A stretch of 54,562 nucleotides of DNA, the filler included, from Jimgerdemannia flammicorona (lineage: Eukaryota), in NCBI GenBank assembly GCA_003990765.1. It is 3 parts of 3 records of this genome, joined end to end, with 100 filler letters (N's around TTAATTAATTAA, not from the genome) between each part and the next. Parts side by side here need not be neighbours in the genome. Positions count along the whole stretch, not along the records: positions 1 to 18,122 come from RBNJ01002296.1; positions 18,223 to 36,342 come from RBNJ01002297.1; 1 more part is not named here. One strand, 5' to 3'. The notes beneath the pieces were generated by a model. That model saw only the letters and a program-made list of their open reading frames with translations. It did no database searches and was not told the DNA's origin. Shown here one piece after another: positions 13,626 to 24,554 of the stretch; within the stretch, counting starts at the first letter, position 1; every line of letters begins with the position of its first letter. The translations under genes were made by a program, and so were the position numbers.

Positions 13626-14576
13626 AGGCAGCCACTTTTAAAAAGGTTCCTTTCTGCCTGATTTTAGGGCATACTAAGCCACCAGAGGAAACAATTCTAA
13701 AGTAGCCATCTCAAATTAGATCTTAAATTTCATTCAAATATTTTTATTATATTATACTTAGGCTAATTTTTATAATTATATATATATATATAGATAAAAT
13801 TTATATATCTCTTTATCTCTGATTTATATATTTAAATCTGATTCAACTATATATTATTTTAATTATTTTAATTAGGGGGTTTTTTTTTCTTTAAAAAAAA
13901 AAAATAAAAAATTAAATTAAATTAAAACTTTTATTTCAAATTTAAAATATAATAACTTAATAATATTTATTATACTAAATTTACCTAAATAAAATAAATA
14001 TGATAAGCTAAAATATAATAAATTTAAATATATTTTATTGAGTTATTAAATTTTAAAAATTAAATTTAATTTACTTTAATTTACTCTAAATACTAGTTCT
14101 AATTTATTTAGTTAAATTTAATATATCTAATTTAAATAAAATATTTAATTAAATAAATTGATTTAATAAGTAATTTAAATTTGAATAAAATTTTTATATA
14201 TTTTAATATAGTTATAAATAATGAATAGATTAATTAGTAAATCTTAAGTTTGAATTATTAATTTAATATAAAGTTAAAGTTATAAAATATATTCTTTATA
14301 GTATTTATATTAATATATATAATAATTTCTTAAATATATTATATTTTTAGTCTTATTTTAATATTCTATATCTTCTAAATACTTAAAGATTCTTTCTTAA
14401 TACTAAGACTTTACTAAAATATTATTGTCTTTTCTCAATACTAAGTATTTTAACTTTGCTAGTTATAAATCTTTTGAAATTTATAAAACTATATTAGTTA
14501 TTTTTTATTAAGATTTTTTTTTTTTTAACTTTTATTTTATTACTAAAATCTTTCAGATTTTTCTTTTAGATTATAT

Positions 14577-15772
14577 ATACATATATATATATATTTTTAA
14601 TAGACTTAATATCCCACAGATTTTTATTAGAAGAGAACCTAGACTATATAGGCCAAAACCCTCCCCTATCACTCATCAAGCACTGCTCCCCCATTAACCT
14701 AGGCTAGTTATTATCCAGCAGCATGACCATACTAGGCACAGCAGAGCCTATAGTGGCCCATACCTCATTTGGTACACCATACTCTCTCTATCATCAGAGG
14801 AAACTCAACCATATACCAATAACTAAAAGTATATATCTGAGAACCCAATATATATACAAGGCCATACTCAAGCTGAATAGAATAGTCTCTACCACCTTAA
14901 AGAGAATGACAGGTAAAGAAAAACCCTCATCAAAGTACAACACAGTGGGTAGGGCCTGGTTCTCCCAGTTGAGGTAAGTAAAGGACTTATACATAAGGCA
15001 GGAGGAGATCCCCAATACTCTACTACTCAAGCCTGCAGGTCTCAATTACATTGCTGTATCAGCTCTTGGTTCCAGTTGAGTGCAGCCAAGATATCTGAAA
15101 TGGGTAGCCTTGGGCCCCCCAACTCCCCCTGATGACTGGGGTCCAATTCGCCAAATTGCCAAAAGAAGTCAAGAGTGATATCTACTACCTAACTATACTG
15201 CACCAATCAAAAGGCCCCACTGAAGCAGCACCCACCCCAGCCCCGATGACTGCCCCCAGCCTGGCACCCTACTGGTTCACTGTTATCACTCATCCTCCTA
15301 TCTGTGATGGCCATCTCTCCTCCCATTCCAACAATACTCAAAAAGCAGTCACCTATATCAGAACTGCACTCACTGGGAAGCTTGCCAAAGCCAGAGGGCC
15401 CCACCACAAGCATCAAGGACCTGCAGATAACCTATACTGAGCACTTGACACCAAAGATCAGCTGACTCCCTACATAGCTCAAGATATACCAAGACAGTAC
15501 CTTGTTGGTGACAGCAAAAGGAAGAAGGCACTGCACCAAAATAGATGTACTCCAGATGTAGCCAAAGGTATCAGAAACTGTGAAAAAGTGGAGAAGACAC
15601 TGATCTGATACTGATAAAGGGGCAACTTATCACCATTGCCTCTCTCCCACTACTCTGCAACAGGTACAGCAAATCAATCCGAGATAGAGGAGATAATAAT
15701 TGTAGAAAATAGACTCAGAAGATTACCTACCAAACCATTGTGACCAGTAAGGTAGTAGAGAAAGAAGTGCTG
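14577..15772 (-). mobile_element. ~1.17-kb non-coding retroposon-like element, copy 1 (more mutated)
   Basis: Colinear with 36450-37624. The minus-strand 3' end has AATAAA followed by an A/AT tail. A 12-bp direct repeat TTTAGATTATAT sits at 14565-14576 and 15773-15784 (candidate TSD). Confidence 0.8.
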
Positions 15773-16184
15773 TTTAGATTATATCCCTTTGACTGTTTTG
15801 TATCTATATTTAGAGGCAAGATTTTAAAAGTTTATAACTTTTAAAATCATAATAGCTTTTAAAAAAAAATTTACCAATAATATTTTATATAATAATTCTA
15901 CCTTTGGTAAAAATTTTATAAAAAAAAAAAATTTGTTTTTAAACAAATTGAGATATATTTTTAACAGAAAAACAATGTTTCAAAAAATCATTTTTTTCAA
16001 ACTTTAATTTGTCTGCTAAATGATTTTAAAAGACGATCTTATCTTCAGACAAAGGAATATATAAATATCTCTCTATCTGTTTAAAAAAAACTCAGATTTT
16101 TTTTTTTTAAAAAAATTCTTTAAGACTACCTGAATGTAATAAAACTATATACTGATAGAATTAATATATTATAAATAATTAAGA

Positions 16185-16380
16185 TAACTATCAGCCCTAA
16201 GTTCTGAGTTCTTATAAAGAAGTACTGAGTTCTCATTATCTATTATAGTAGTATAGTTTAAGTATTTCTTTGCTAGTAAAAGTACTATACTTATATCCCA
16301 AGTTGATTGAACTCAGAATTATTAATAAGTCAGATCTGAGAGTTCTGAAATAAGAATACTACTTTATTCTTAAGTTCAGA
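16185..16380 (+). repeat. Dispersed ~200-bp repeat, inverted copy of 5915-6120
   Basis: Direct sequence match by eye to the reverse complement of 5915-6120. Confidence 0.7.
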
Positions 16381-17107
16381 AAAAGCAGAGCTGAGATTAT
16401 AATATACTTAGTATAGAGAATATGTATTTATATATATTTAAAGCTATAACTAAATATAGTATACTGGATATATATATATATAGTTATACTATATTTGATA
16501 TCTATGACTATTAGTTGAAAATTCTATTAGAATTTCTGTAGAAATTTCTGTTAGAAATTTTATTAAAATTTTTGATAACTTGTAAGTATATAATTATTTA
16601 TTATATTCTTCTCTTTTTTATCTGAACCTACTCATTAGATTTAATACTAAACTCTAGATATTTATCAAACAGAAGAGTAGTATACCAGACTACTTGAAAG
16701 TTTTTATTCATTATTCAAATTAGTAATATTCTCAGAGGATACTTTATAAAGATGATCAAGAACTTAGAGTCAGATATAGAAAAGAATATAAAGTCTTATG
16801 GTAATAACATAAGTATGGTTATCAATTAAAAGATAAACTTATTACTTTTTTTTTTTTTCATTAGCACTAGATCTCTTTATTAACTAATCTATAATAAATA
16901 TATAGTTTTTATATTATACTGATAGCTCAAACCCAACCCTCCCCCACTCTACTCTACTCTAATATATACTCTCTTCCCTATCTCTATTTTCTTAAAACAA
17001 CTATATTATTAACTACTCTAATCTCTCTACTACTCCTTTCATATATTTTTTTTACTAAGTATTGATAATAATATTCTTGAGAACTCTACTCCCTCTACTA
17101 GCCTAAC

Positions 17108-17239
17108 TAGTGCTCTCAATGAATTGAATTGAATCAAAGGTCCAATTCAATTCAATTTGATTCAAACTTGATTTAAATTGAAAAATCTCCAATTTGATTC
17201 AATTAGATTTGAATTGATTCAATTTATTTAGGAATACTA
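17108..17239. mobile_element. 132-bp hAT-type MITE with 8-bp TSD
   Basis: AGCCTAAC at 17100-17107 and 17240-17247 flanks TAGTGCTC...GGAATACTA (imperfect TIRs). The interior is made of GAATT/AATTC repeats. Confidence 0.82.
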
Positions 17240-17577
17240 AGCCTAACAGTCTACCATCAACTTCTCTCACCTTAATATCTTTTCTACTAGAACTATCTGT
17301 CTCTTATTCTTAAATATATATAGCCAGTATTTAGCCAACTCTATCTATACTACTAGTACTTACTCAATAGTAAGCTACTTATTACTAATATACTCTACCA
17401 ACTATCTCCTTAAGTTATTCTATCAACTCTTCTCTCTATTATCTTACTGTCTTACTCCCAGATGATCTCTAATGATCACTTAGAAGTTATTAAATATCTT
17501 ATACTCATTTAGCTAATATTCAGATATCTATACAATTGACCTATATTATAATAATTCTCATACTCAAAACTCTCATC

Positions 17578-17712
17578 TAGTACTCAAAATAAATTGAATC
17601 AAATTGAATTTGAACTAAATTTAATTTGATTAAAACCAATTCAAATTAAGTCACAATTCAAATTAAATCAAATTTTGAAATTTAAATTTGAAACTAAATA
17701 TAGTAATTCCAA
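17578..17712 (+). mobile_element. Probable hAT-family terminus with GAATT-type subterminal repeats
   Basis: Starts TAGTACTC and is followed by AATTGAAT/TTCAAA repeats like the 17108 MITE; the other end was not identified. Confidence 0.45.
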
Positions 17713-18122
17713 ATATATATAATATAACTTATAATATATATATATATATATATACTCTTCTAAAGTAATTATATCAGATATATCTTTTATACTCTCTATA
17801 GAAGATACTATAATAATAGTCTCAGTATCAGATATAGCTTCAATAAGTCTAGCTTCAATAAGTCTGGCTTTAATAAGTATAATCTTATTTGAGAAAAAAA
17901 AAGAAAAAGTATAAGAATAATCTAATATTTGAAAGGAGTTTGTAAAGGAGTATAAGGAAAATGAAGATATCTAAATTAAATATAACTATTATAAGGTATT
18001 ATATAAGGCTCTTAGTGGATCAATAATAAATTTTAAGAGTTATCAAACAGAAGCAATAGAGTTATTTTTTTCAAAAGTATGATTTTTATATAACTTATCT
18101 GCTTTTTTTTTTTTTTTTTATT

Positions 18123-18222
18123 NNNNNNNNNNNNNNNNNNNNNNNNNNNNNNNNNNNNNNNNNNNNTTAATTAATTAANNNNNNNNNNNNNNNNNNNNNN
18201 NNNNNNNNNNNNNNNNNNNNNN
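18123..18222. other. Artificial scaffold join (N44-TTAATTAATTAA-N44)
   Basis: Exactly 100 bp of N with a stop-in-all-frames linker; identical to 36343-36442. Confidence 0.95.
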
Positions 18223-19414
18223 TTTTTTTTTTTTTTTTTGTCGACGGGGCCACTTCAAACCGGCTACATTACAACTAAGGGCTACGAAGGCGCCATATGT
18301 GCATAAATTGAAGGTAAGAAGGGAGTGGGAGTGTATATTGTAAAATTGCACATTAATATTCATTGATGTTATAGTCGTGTGACCACAAAGCCCGCTGCGG
18401 CGTGTTTCAGGGCCCGCCATTCCATGACGCAGTGTAATAGGGGGTGGGCGGTGGACAAAGAGGCCATTATGCAGAAAGCGGAAAAACATCCGTAAGTGTG
18501 CCGTGCCAAGGTTCGAACATGGACAAAGGGGGGGGGGGAACCGGCGCGGACCGGCATGTGATGTCGTGTGATGATGGGGGTGATCGTGATTATTGATAAA
18601 ACATGTTTGGATTGCACTCTCACCGTCAGGCGCACCCACTTCATGGACGAAAGAAGGACCTGTTCCTTGTTGATCCGGACATCTTGGATCATTTAGTGTT
18701 TGGCATTGTTCCTGAACTGCTAAGGGAAACGGGCTAGCGGGATGTGCATCATTTGCTGGGACCGTGACGCAATCATGCGATCGAAACCCCGAGAAAAGTT
18801 GATAAAACAGGGAGGCTCCGCCCTCTTGAACTGAACTCGGACTGACGGACTCATGCCCGTAATAACAATGGCAACATAGCCTGTGTGGCAAACATTCATT
18901 TATTCATTATTATTTTTTCCTTTTTCCTGTTCCTATTTCACATTTATCTATAATTACACTTGTTTGACCCCACATGTGTGTTTTCCTAAAGTTCGGATGT
19001 CCCGTACTGGAAGGAGAGCCAGGGCACGCTTACCTTTCCGGACTCTGCCTCTCTCTTCCGGCATCCGGTCCACCCTTTCGACTTCAGAACACATGGGCTG
19101 CTTTGTCAGCATATATACACGAAAAAAAAACCATACTGTGCATCGAGGTTATTCCGTGGGTGTGAGCTTCAATGGGGGCAGAGATTCTTTGGCACACCTT
19201 TCTAAGAAGGTAGTGTGTAAAGAACAAATATGGCGACATTGCTTGCCTTATGGGGTATGCACAATAATTTGAGTTCTGAGGTGGAGCAGCACAATCAATC
19301 AAGCTAATGTTTTATATGCAATCTCCCGTAAGATTTCAGCATCACGTACGGACTGGCAAGCACGGTTTACGGCCAATGAAGTCTGATGCTGTTTGTTACC
19401 GGCTGCGCCAAGGT

Positions 19415-21443
19415 TCATCCAACCCGGATCGCACCTTCCGAAGCGAGCTTGTCTATTTTATGGTCATCATATTCTAATATATCACTGAGCACCTCGCGAG
19501 TATGTTGGCCAAGGGTTGGAGGCGGAAGACGGATCGAGGGTTTGGCGGCGCTGTACTTGACGGGAATTCCTGCGGCAATTTTGAGTTCGAGCTGAGACGT
19601 CAGAGTTACGCTAATCGCCATCAAACACAAAAGAAAGCAAAAAATCCTCAACCCCCAAAGTACCACCCATGCGTAAGGTTGCATGAGGGCCTTAATGCAA
19701 TTCGCATACCTGTCAATTTAATTTTTCCCGCTTTCGGATGCTCCACCTCCTGCACCATCCTCCTTGCCAAAACCTGCGGATGTTTGAACGTCTGCTCCAA
19801 GTTATTGATGGGGGCGAACGGGATTCCCGCATCCTCCAGCACGCCCAGCCAATGCTCGGTCGTGTGCTCCTTCAACCTGTTTTCGAGCAGCGCGATGAGC
19901 TCATCGCGGTGCTGGACACGGTCCGTGTTCGTCTTGAACCTGGCGTCCTCGGGGAGGTGCTCTAAGCCGATGCGGTGGCACAGGATCCTGAACTGCCGAT
20001 CGTTGCCGGCACCTATCATCATGTGCGAGTTGCTCGATGGCATCACCTGATAGGGCACTATAGACGGATGCGACGTGCCCATCCGCGTCGCCTCCTGCCC
20101 GCCGATCAGGTAATTGGAGCCGATGTTGACGAGCGAGGCGACCTGCGACTCGAAAAGGGAGCAGTCGACCTTCTGGCCGCGGTTTGTTGCGTGGCGGTGC
20201 AGGAGTGAGGCCATAATGGCTCCATGAGCATAGAGGCCTGGGGAGGGAAGGGGAGGCAAGTGAAAGTGAATATAGTGAGGTGGACTTGGTATGGATGCTT
20301 TGCTAAGAGTTTTTTTTTTTTTTTTCTTCCCTTCACATACCTGTTGTTAGGTCTGGATTGGGCAAGAGAATATAAGTATTGCAATCTAATAAAATGATAC
20401 ACATAGCATAAGCCGCTAATAAAGGGTGATGATCTTACCTGTGATTGCCACACCAACTTTCACTGGCCTCCCGTCCTTCTCACCAGTAATGTGCATTAGT
20501 CCTGCCTCGGCCTGTCGCACGATAATGGATGGCTCAGTAACAATCGCTAAGATATGGTTACTAAATGTCAAAATTCGTTGAACTGTACCCACCTCAATCA
20601 TGACGTCGTAACCCGCGCGCTGAGCGTAAGGACCCTGTGGACCATATCCTATGAGGAGAATGACCGGGAATAGTGGTTCATACAAAAACATTTAGTGATC
20701 TTACATGCAATCTAGTCTCCGCACCTCACAGTATCACGAACGCCGGTCATACCCACCCGTGATAGACGTGTAGATGAGCCTCGGATTGATCCTGCTCAGC
20801 TCCTCGTACCCCAGCCCCATCTCGTCCAGCTTGCCTGGGATGTAGTTCTCGACCAGCACGTCGGACCGGCGGGCCAAATCACAGATCAGGGCGACGCCCG
20901 AGGGGTTCTTGATGTTCACGGCCACGGACTTCTTGTTGCGGTTCACGGACAAGAAGTAGGCGCTCTCGGGTTGCGATTTGTCGGTAGGGACCTTGTTCTC
21001 CGCCCACGGAGGACCCCAGGTGCGCGTATCGTCGCCATACTGCGGGTTCTCGATCTTGATTACCTCGGCGCTTTGTGCGAATGAAGAGGGATGATTGATG
21101 ATCAAGAAAATGTTGCGTTGGGTGTAGGTGGATCAAATTTTGCGGGTGATGCACATGTTTAGCTGCCTACCCCAAATCACCTAATAGCATCGTGCAATAC
21201 GGACCGGCTGGTTTCGCGGGAAGAGGTTGTCAGAAATTGGAGTCGGGTTTAAATCAAGTTTGAGACGTTTATCTACCCACCCAGAACACGAGTCAAGTCC
21301 AGAACGCGAACACCCGACAAAGGCCCAGACTCGCTCGAAACAGAAGAAAGGTCGTTGCGACATGAACGCGGTGCGATAGAGAAAGAGCGGGTCGACAGGC
21401 AATAGCGTGCTAGTAGTGTTGTAGATCTCACGGACAGGTTCAT
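19415..21443 (-). CDS. CoA-transferase family III (CaiB/BaiF; SUGCT-like), multi-exon, with probable mitochondrial presequence
   Basis: Spliced motifs [101 protein letters not shown] and [13 protein letters not shown]. Arg/Ser-rich N-terminus; GT-AG introns. Confidence 0.93.
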
Positions 21444-21638
21444 TGCGAGAGTTCCTGACCTGACCAGCACACGTTACGCGGTGTTCCACAAGGACAGTCA
21501 TACTCGGTCACATGCTAATTCTAAAACTCTCATCACCACCCTCTCCACCCTTCTTCCTCCCTCCTTCCTCCTTTTCCCATACCCTGCCACCTGTCCCACC
21601 CAGTCAACAGAAACAACCTCCCCCACACACATACCGCA
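21444..21638. promoter_or_regulatory. Putative bidirectional promoter (195 bp between divergent start codons)
   Basis: The CoA-transferase ATG at 21443 (-) and the CHIP ATG at 21639 (+) point away from each other; pyrimidine-rich tract at 21530-21600. Confidence 0.55.
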
Positions 21639-23898
21639 ATGAGCGCCGAAGCACACAAGGCCGCAGGTAACAAGCTGTTCTCACAGCAGCTATACGAGGA
21701 TGCCGTAAAGGAATACAGTACCGCAATCGTGCGTATACATTTGCCAGCTCATTTTTAGAGTACAGCGATTCACTCGCGCTTGGTTGGCTTAGCGGCGGTC
21801 GCTTGCTTGCTTGCTCGCTTACGAGGACCCCCCGTTGGACCTCTGAATCTGTGATCTCATAAAGTTCGGAGTTCGGTGTTGCCGTCAACAGCTTGATTAT
21901 TCTCAGACATCCCTCTGACATGGGCCGGTTTACATGAATTCCCACAGTGTCAGAACCCAACCGTCGCCACATACTACACAAATCGCGCTCTATGTCACTT
22001 GAAGGTAAGACCATCACTTTTTTGTGTGGCTATCACAGATGATGTCGTTGCTCACCATAGCCACCCAGTATTAGTCTTAGCACTCGACATGATCATAATG
22101 AACCCCTATTTATATTCCTCAAACAGCTCAAGAGGTTTGACGATGTGGTGGCCGATTGTAACCGAGCTGTCGACATCGACGAACGTGCTGGTGAGTTTTG
22201 GTGTTCGCGTTGTTTGGTCACGTGGAAATTGGCGCATGGGGGATGACGACAATTGCACGTAGCACTCTGCTATTTTCGGCGTATGTGCCACAGCCATCAC
22301 TACCGACCTAATCCCAACCTCGCTTCAATAACCTAGTCAAGGGCTATTATTTGAAAGGCCAAGCTCTGACTGAGAAGAAGCGGTACGCCGAGGCGCTGAC
22401 GGATCTGAAGAAAGGTGCACAGTAAGCTTTTTCTTTTTTTTGGAAATTCGCGCGCTGCGGCGGGAGAAGCACCAGCGTCGCAAGTTAAGTTGATGAGGTC
22501 GTACCCCCTTGGGTAGATCGTTGCTAATGCTCTCTATTTCTGTTGGTTCACCGGTGGTCGAAACCGAATGGCTTGGCGATCAGCATACCAATTGTCGCTT
22601 GAGGAGCCCATTAGTTACACTGCAGACATCCTGCATGCGTTGCTGCACGCGAGACGAAAGGTATGTGATTGAAATTGAGACGGAAATTGAGACGGAAATT
22701 GAGACAGGCATGAAGCAGAAACGCGAAAAGACGAAAACGGATGAGCAAGACAGGACGGCGATGGCAACAATTGGAGAGGGTCTATCATTAGAAACGAACA
22801 ATGACTGCAGTTTAAGCATCGAGAGCCTCCGCATTCGTGCTTCAGAAAGCCCAGACTTGTGTGATGTTTTTCCATGGACGTAGATTTGGTATCGGGTTTG
22901 ACTCAACAATACAGTTTGTTCAATAATGCAGAAATGGGAGACGGACGAGGTGAAGCGGATGGAGCAAGAGTCGGAACTTCTACGATACATGAAAATGTTG
23001 ATCAATAAGGACCGGCAGAGGCGAGTATAGCGCGGTCCGCGTGCGTGGTTGATTTCATGTGGAGTCGGCATACTGATAGATTTGAATGTGGAACCCACTG
23101 CTTAAAAACCCCATTTGGCTTGTTCACCGTCTATGCACTTCATGTAGTCAAAAGGCCTTGTTGAGGCGGGATGACCGGAGACGGCATGAGAATATTGATC
23201 AATCGCAAGTGAGTAGGATTGTCTCCTCGATTGGGTTTTGAGGAATTCACGCCTCGAGGCGAGGGCAAATCATGACCAGGGTCGGACCCATGATCAGGTC
23301 GTGGCGTGTGAAACGCCAAGGCGTTGAGCGCGCTGGGACTAAACTATTATGGTTCGCGATTGCTTGGCACAGGATGAACGACTGTCACAAATAGAGTCCA
23401 TATTCGAGCAGGCCGACGAGAACCTCAAGGTGGGTTACTAGTCGTCATTGAAATCATATATGTAGTTGGCATTGTGGATGCGGTCAGTTGGGTTCACAGC
23501 GATATACATGAATTTTCCTCTACATGTAGAAGCGGGACGTGCCAGATTATTTCGTCGATAAGATATCATTTAATATCATGCACGGTGAGTGTCATTAAAG
23601 GGACGGAGAGAGGGTAGTGATCGTTAGATTTGTTATTAACCTGGTTTACCCTGACTGCTTCTTTGTACCTCTCATTTCTGTGTTGTTTTCATGCCAATTG
23701 CTCCATCTAGACCCTGTCATCACCACGTCGGGCATCACGTATGAGAGGGATTCATTGCGCAATCACTTCAGGCGCATTGGTTACTTTGATCCTCTTACGC
23801 GGCGCCCGTGCACCGAGGAAGCGCTGATCCCGAACCTGTCGCTCAAAGAAGCGATCGAGGACTTCATAATCAAAAATGGGTGGGCGGCGGATTATTGA
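21639..23898 (+). CDS. STUB1: CHIP/STUB1 TPR + U-box E3 ubiquitin ligase (~10 exons)
   Basis: TPR exons MSAEAHKAAGNKLF..YSTAI, YYTNRALCHLK and VKGYYLKGQAL; a helical region; U-box [29 protein letters not shown]...FDPLTR...LIPNLSLKEAIEDFIIKNGWAADY*. Confidence 0.93.
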
Positions 23899-23909
23899 GG
23901 GCGAGTGGG

Positions 23910-23989
23910 ATGAAGTAGAGCGATGAAGTAGAGCGATGAAGTAGAGCGATGAAGTGGAGTGATGAAGTGGAGTGATGAAGTAGAGCGAT
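23910..23989 (+). repeat. 13-bp tandem repeat (GATGAAGTAGAGC) x~6 in the CHIP 3' region
   Basis: Directly visible, with variant units GATGAAGTGGAGT. Confidence 0.9.
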
Positions 23990-24554
23990 GGGAGATTGAC
24001 AAATCGAAAATAGACTGTTATTGATTATGAACGTTTGGCGTATCAAGGGGATCTTACATGGCTATGTGAACGATATATACACACATATAGGTTTTGTTTT
24101 TGTTTTTTTTTTAGATTTTTAATTAAGTATTTGCGGGTAACTGAAGTAGAAAATATTACAGTTTTTCCCTGAGATCGTCGCTTTGGGTGTGTAACTTTCC
24201 AAAAATAGGTTATGGGGGATGTAAGACGAGTAGCCGTTGGTGGGTGGAGTGAGGCAAATTCAAATTGGATCACTGAGGCCCAACACACAACCCAAGAGAT
24301 ACAACTTATTCCAGAAACACCTTGCTTAGCGGACGCCCTTTCTTCCCTAAAACTTCACCGAAGCCTTCTCGAACTCTTTGACCGCCCTCGGCGCCCCTGG
24401 CACTCCTTTCTTGATCACTGTCAACCACCACCCTTTTGATTGAACGACACACCCTCCCTCCGGAACTCACCCACACTCGAAACACTCCTCACCCCTCTCT
24501 ATCACCTCCTCCACACTACCCCCGACTCCCCACAACACACAACTCCGTCGCGCC

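Noticed and set aside
18123..18222. TTAATTAATTAA palindrome within Ns (also 36343-36442)
   Set aside because: Synthetic contig linker; adjacency across these joins may not be real
22669..22706. 12-bp repeat GAAATTGAGACG x3 giving an EIET-repeat ORF
   Set aside because: Intronic microrepeat inside CHIP; the ORF is incidental
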